NCBI RefSeq assembly: GCF_006345805.1
Contig: NC_042999.1
Location: forward strand, 64,294,001-64,358,000
Length of the DNA: 64,000 nt
Source: Octopus sinensis
Lineage: Eukaryota
Reading direction: 5' to 3'
The notes under the pieces are model-generated. The model had not been told where the DNA came from, made no database searches, and saw only the letters and a list, made by a program, of their open reading frames with translations. This document shows positions 62,683-64,000 of this stretch, one piece after another (positions within the stretch are counted from its first letter, which is position 1; the number at the start of each line of letters is the position of its first letter). A program made the translations under genes and the position numbers.

Positions 62683-63087
62683 ACATCATCATCATCATCG
62701 TTTAACGTCTGCTTTCCATGCTAGCATGGGTTGGACGATTTTGACTGAGGGCTGGCGAACCAGATGGCTGCACCAGACTCCAATCTTGATCTGGCAGAGT
62801 TTCTACAGCTGGATGCCCTTCCTAACACCAACCACTCTGAGAGTGTAGTGGGTGCTTTTTACGTTCCACCGGCATGGGGGCCAGTCAGGCGGTACTGGCA
62901 ATGACTTCACTCGAATCTTTTTACACGTGCCAGTGAAGCGACGTTGGGCACGATCACGCTCAAATGGTGCCCTTTTACGTGCCACGGGTACGGAAGCCAG
63001 TTGGCTGCTCTGGCAACGATCACGCTCGGATGGTGCTCTTGGCACCCTACTAGCATGGGCTCAAGTGCCAGTATGGCGACGCTGGTA
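62683..63087 (-). mobile_element. RTE 3'UTR fragment
   Basis: (cat)n tail + modular subrepeats. Confidence 0.8.
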
Positions 63088-63564
63088 AAGAAGCACATGC
63101 TTTGTGGTATGGTTAAGAAGTTCACTTCAAGACTATGTAGGTGTAGGTTTGTGTACATCCCGCCACATAATGAAGGCATGTGGCTTAGTGGTTTATGTAT
63201 TTCGCTCATGATTGTAAGATTTGAGTTCGATTCCCGGTGGCATGTTGTGCTCTGGAGCATGACACTTACATTTCACAAACAGTTACTCAGAGTTTCACAT
63301 CGCTGATCAGACAGTTGTGGTGATAGGTTACATGAAACTCAGTAACAGTCCGTGAAGTCTTCTGAGCTCCATTAAATAAGAGTGAGTGTGTGTGTATGCA
63401 CTTATGTATGTAAATGTATGTTTATGTATGTGTGTGTGTGTGTGTCATCATCATTTAATGTCTGTTGTCCATGCTGGCATGGGTTGGAGGATTTGACCAG
63501 GGCTCGTAAACTGAGGAGCTGCATCAGACTCCAGCCTGATTCGGCATGCTTTCTACAGCTGTAT

Positions 63565-63638
<74 letters not shown>

Positions 63639-64000
63639 CACACACACACACACACATATATATATACATACACATGCGTATGTAAGCACACAAATGCGAA
63701 ACAAGATGGGAAAAAATAGTACTCAAATACCAGAGGTAGGGTAACATGTTTTTTTCTATTATAAAAGCTGCAAAAACATAACAGAAAACTGCTACTCAGA
63801 GTTTCACATTCCCATGTGTTGAGCAATATATAATAATTTATATTAAGATTTTTATAATTGTATTCTTATCTTACATGTATTGAATTATAATGTATATATG
63901 TATGTTATTATGGTTCTCGTTTTTGTTAAATAAATAAATAAGTCAACATTCTAATATCCGAAAGCTGATGAACCAACTAAATTGTTTCTCCATTTTCTTA

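Overview
AT-rich, microsatellite-dense animal genomic DNA, most likely an octopus (inferred from the repeat families, not proven). The whole window lies inside one minus-strand gene, a MED12/MED12L orthologue (Mediator kinase-module subunit). I reconstructed 30 coding exons from 62522 down to 1291, all with GT-AG introns and consistent phases, giving 4905 nt (1635 codons) without a stop. The N-terminal exons and the C-terminal PQL/OPA exons lie outside the window. About 92% of the window is intron filled with mobile-element debris: many 5'-truncated RTE-LINE 3' ends with (GAT)n tails, three or more tRNA-derived SINE families, two TTAA/piggyBac-type MITE families, five non-autonomous Helitrons, a DINE-1/HINE-like element, a mariner transposase fossil and a foldback element with 281-bp arms. 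The most interesting signals are three. (1) Several short inserts, mostly in or next to (TA)n tracts, carry minimal hammerhead-ribozyme motifs and inverted end fragments, as expected for Penelope-like retroelements; one motif (51248-51283, minus) looks intact. (2) Near-perfect fold-back hairpins and inverted repeat pairs lie close to exons and are candidate ADAR substrates. (3) All five Helitrons share one orientation and lie within about 55-220 bp of a splice site. No prokaryotic-type system, CRISPR array or true tRNA/rRNA gene is supported.
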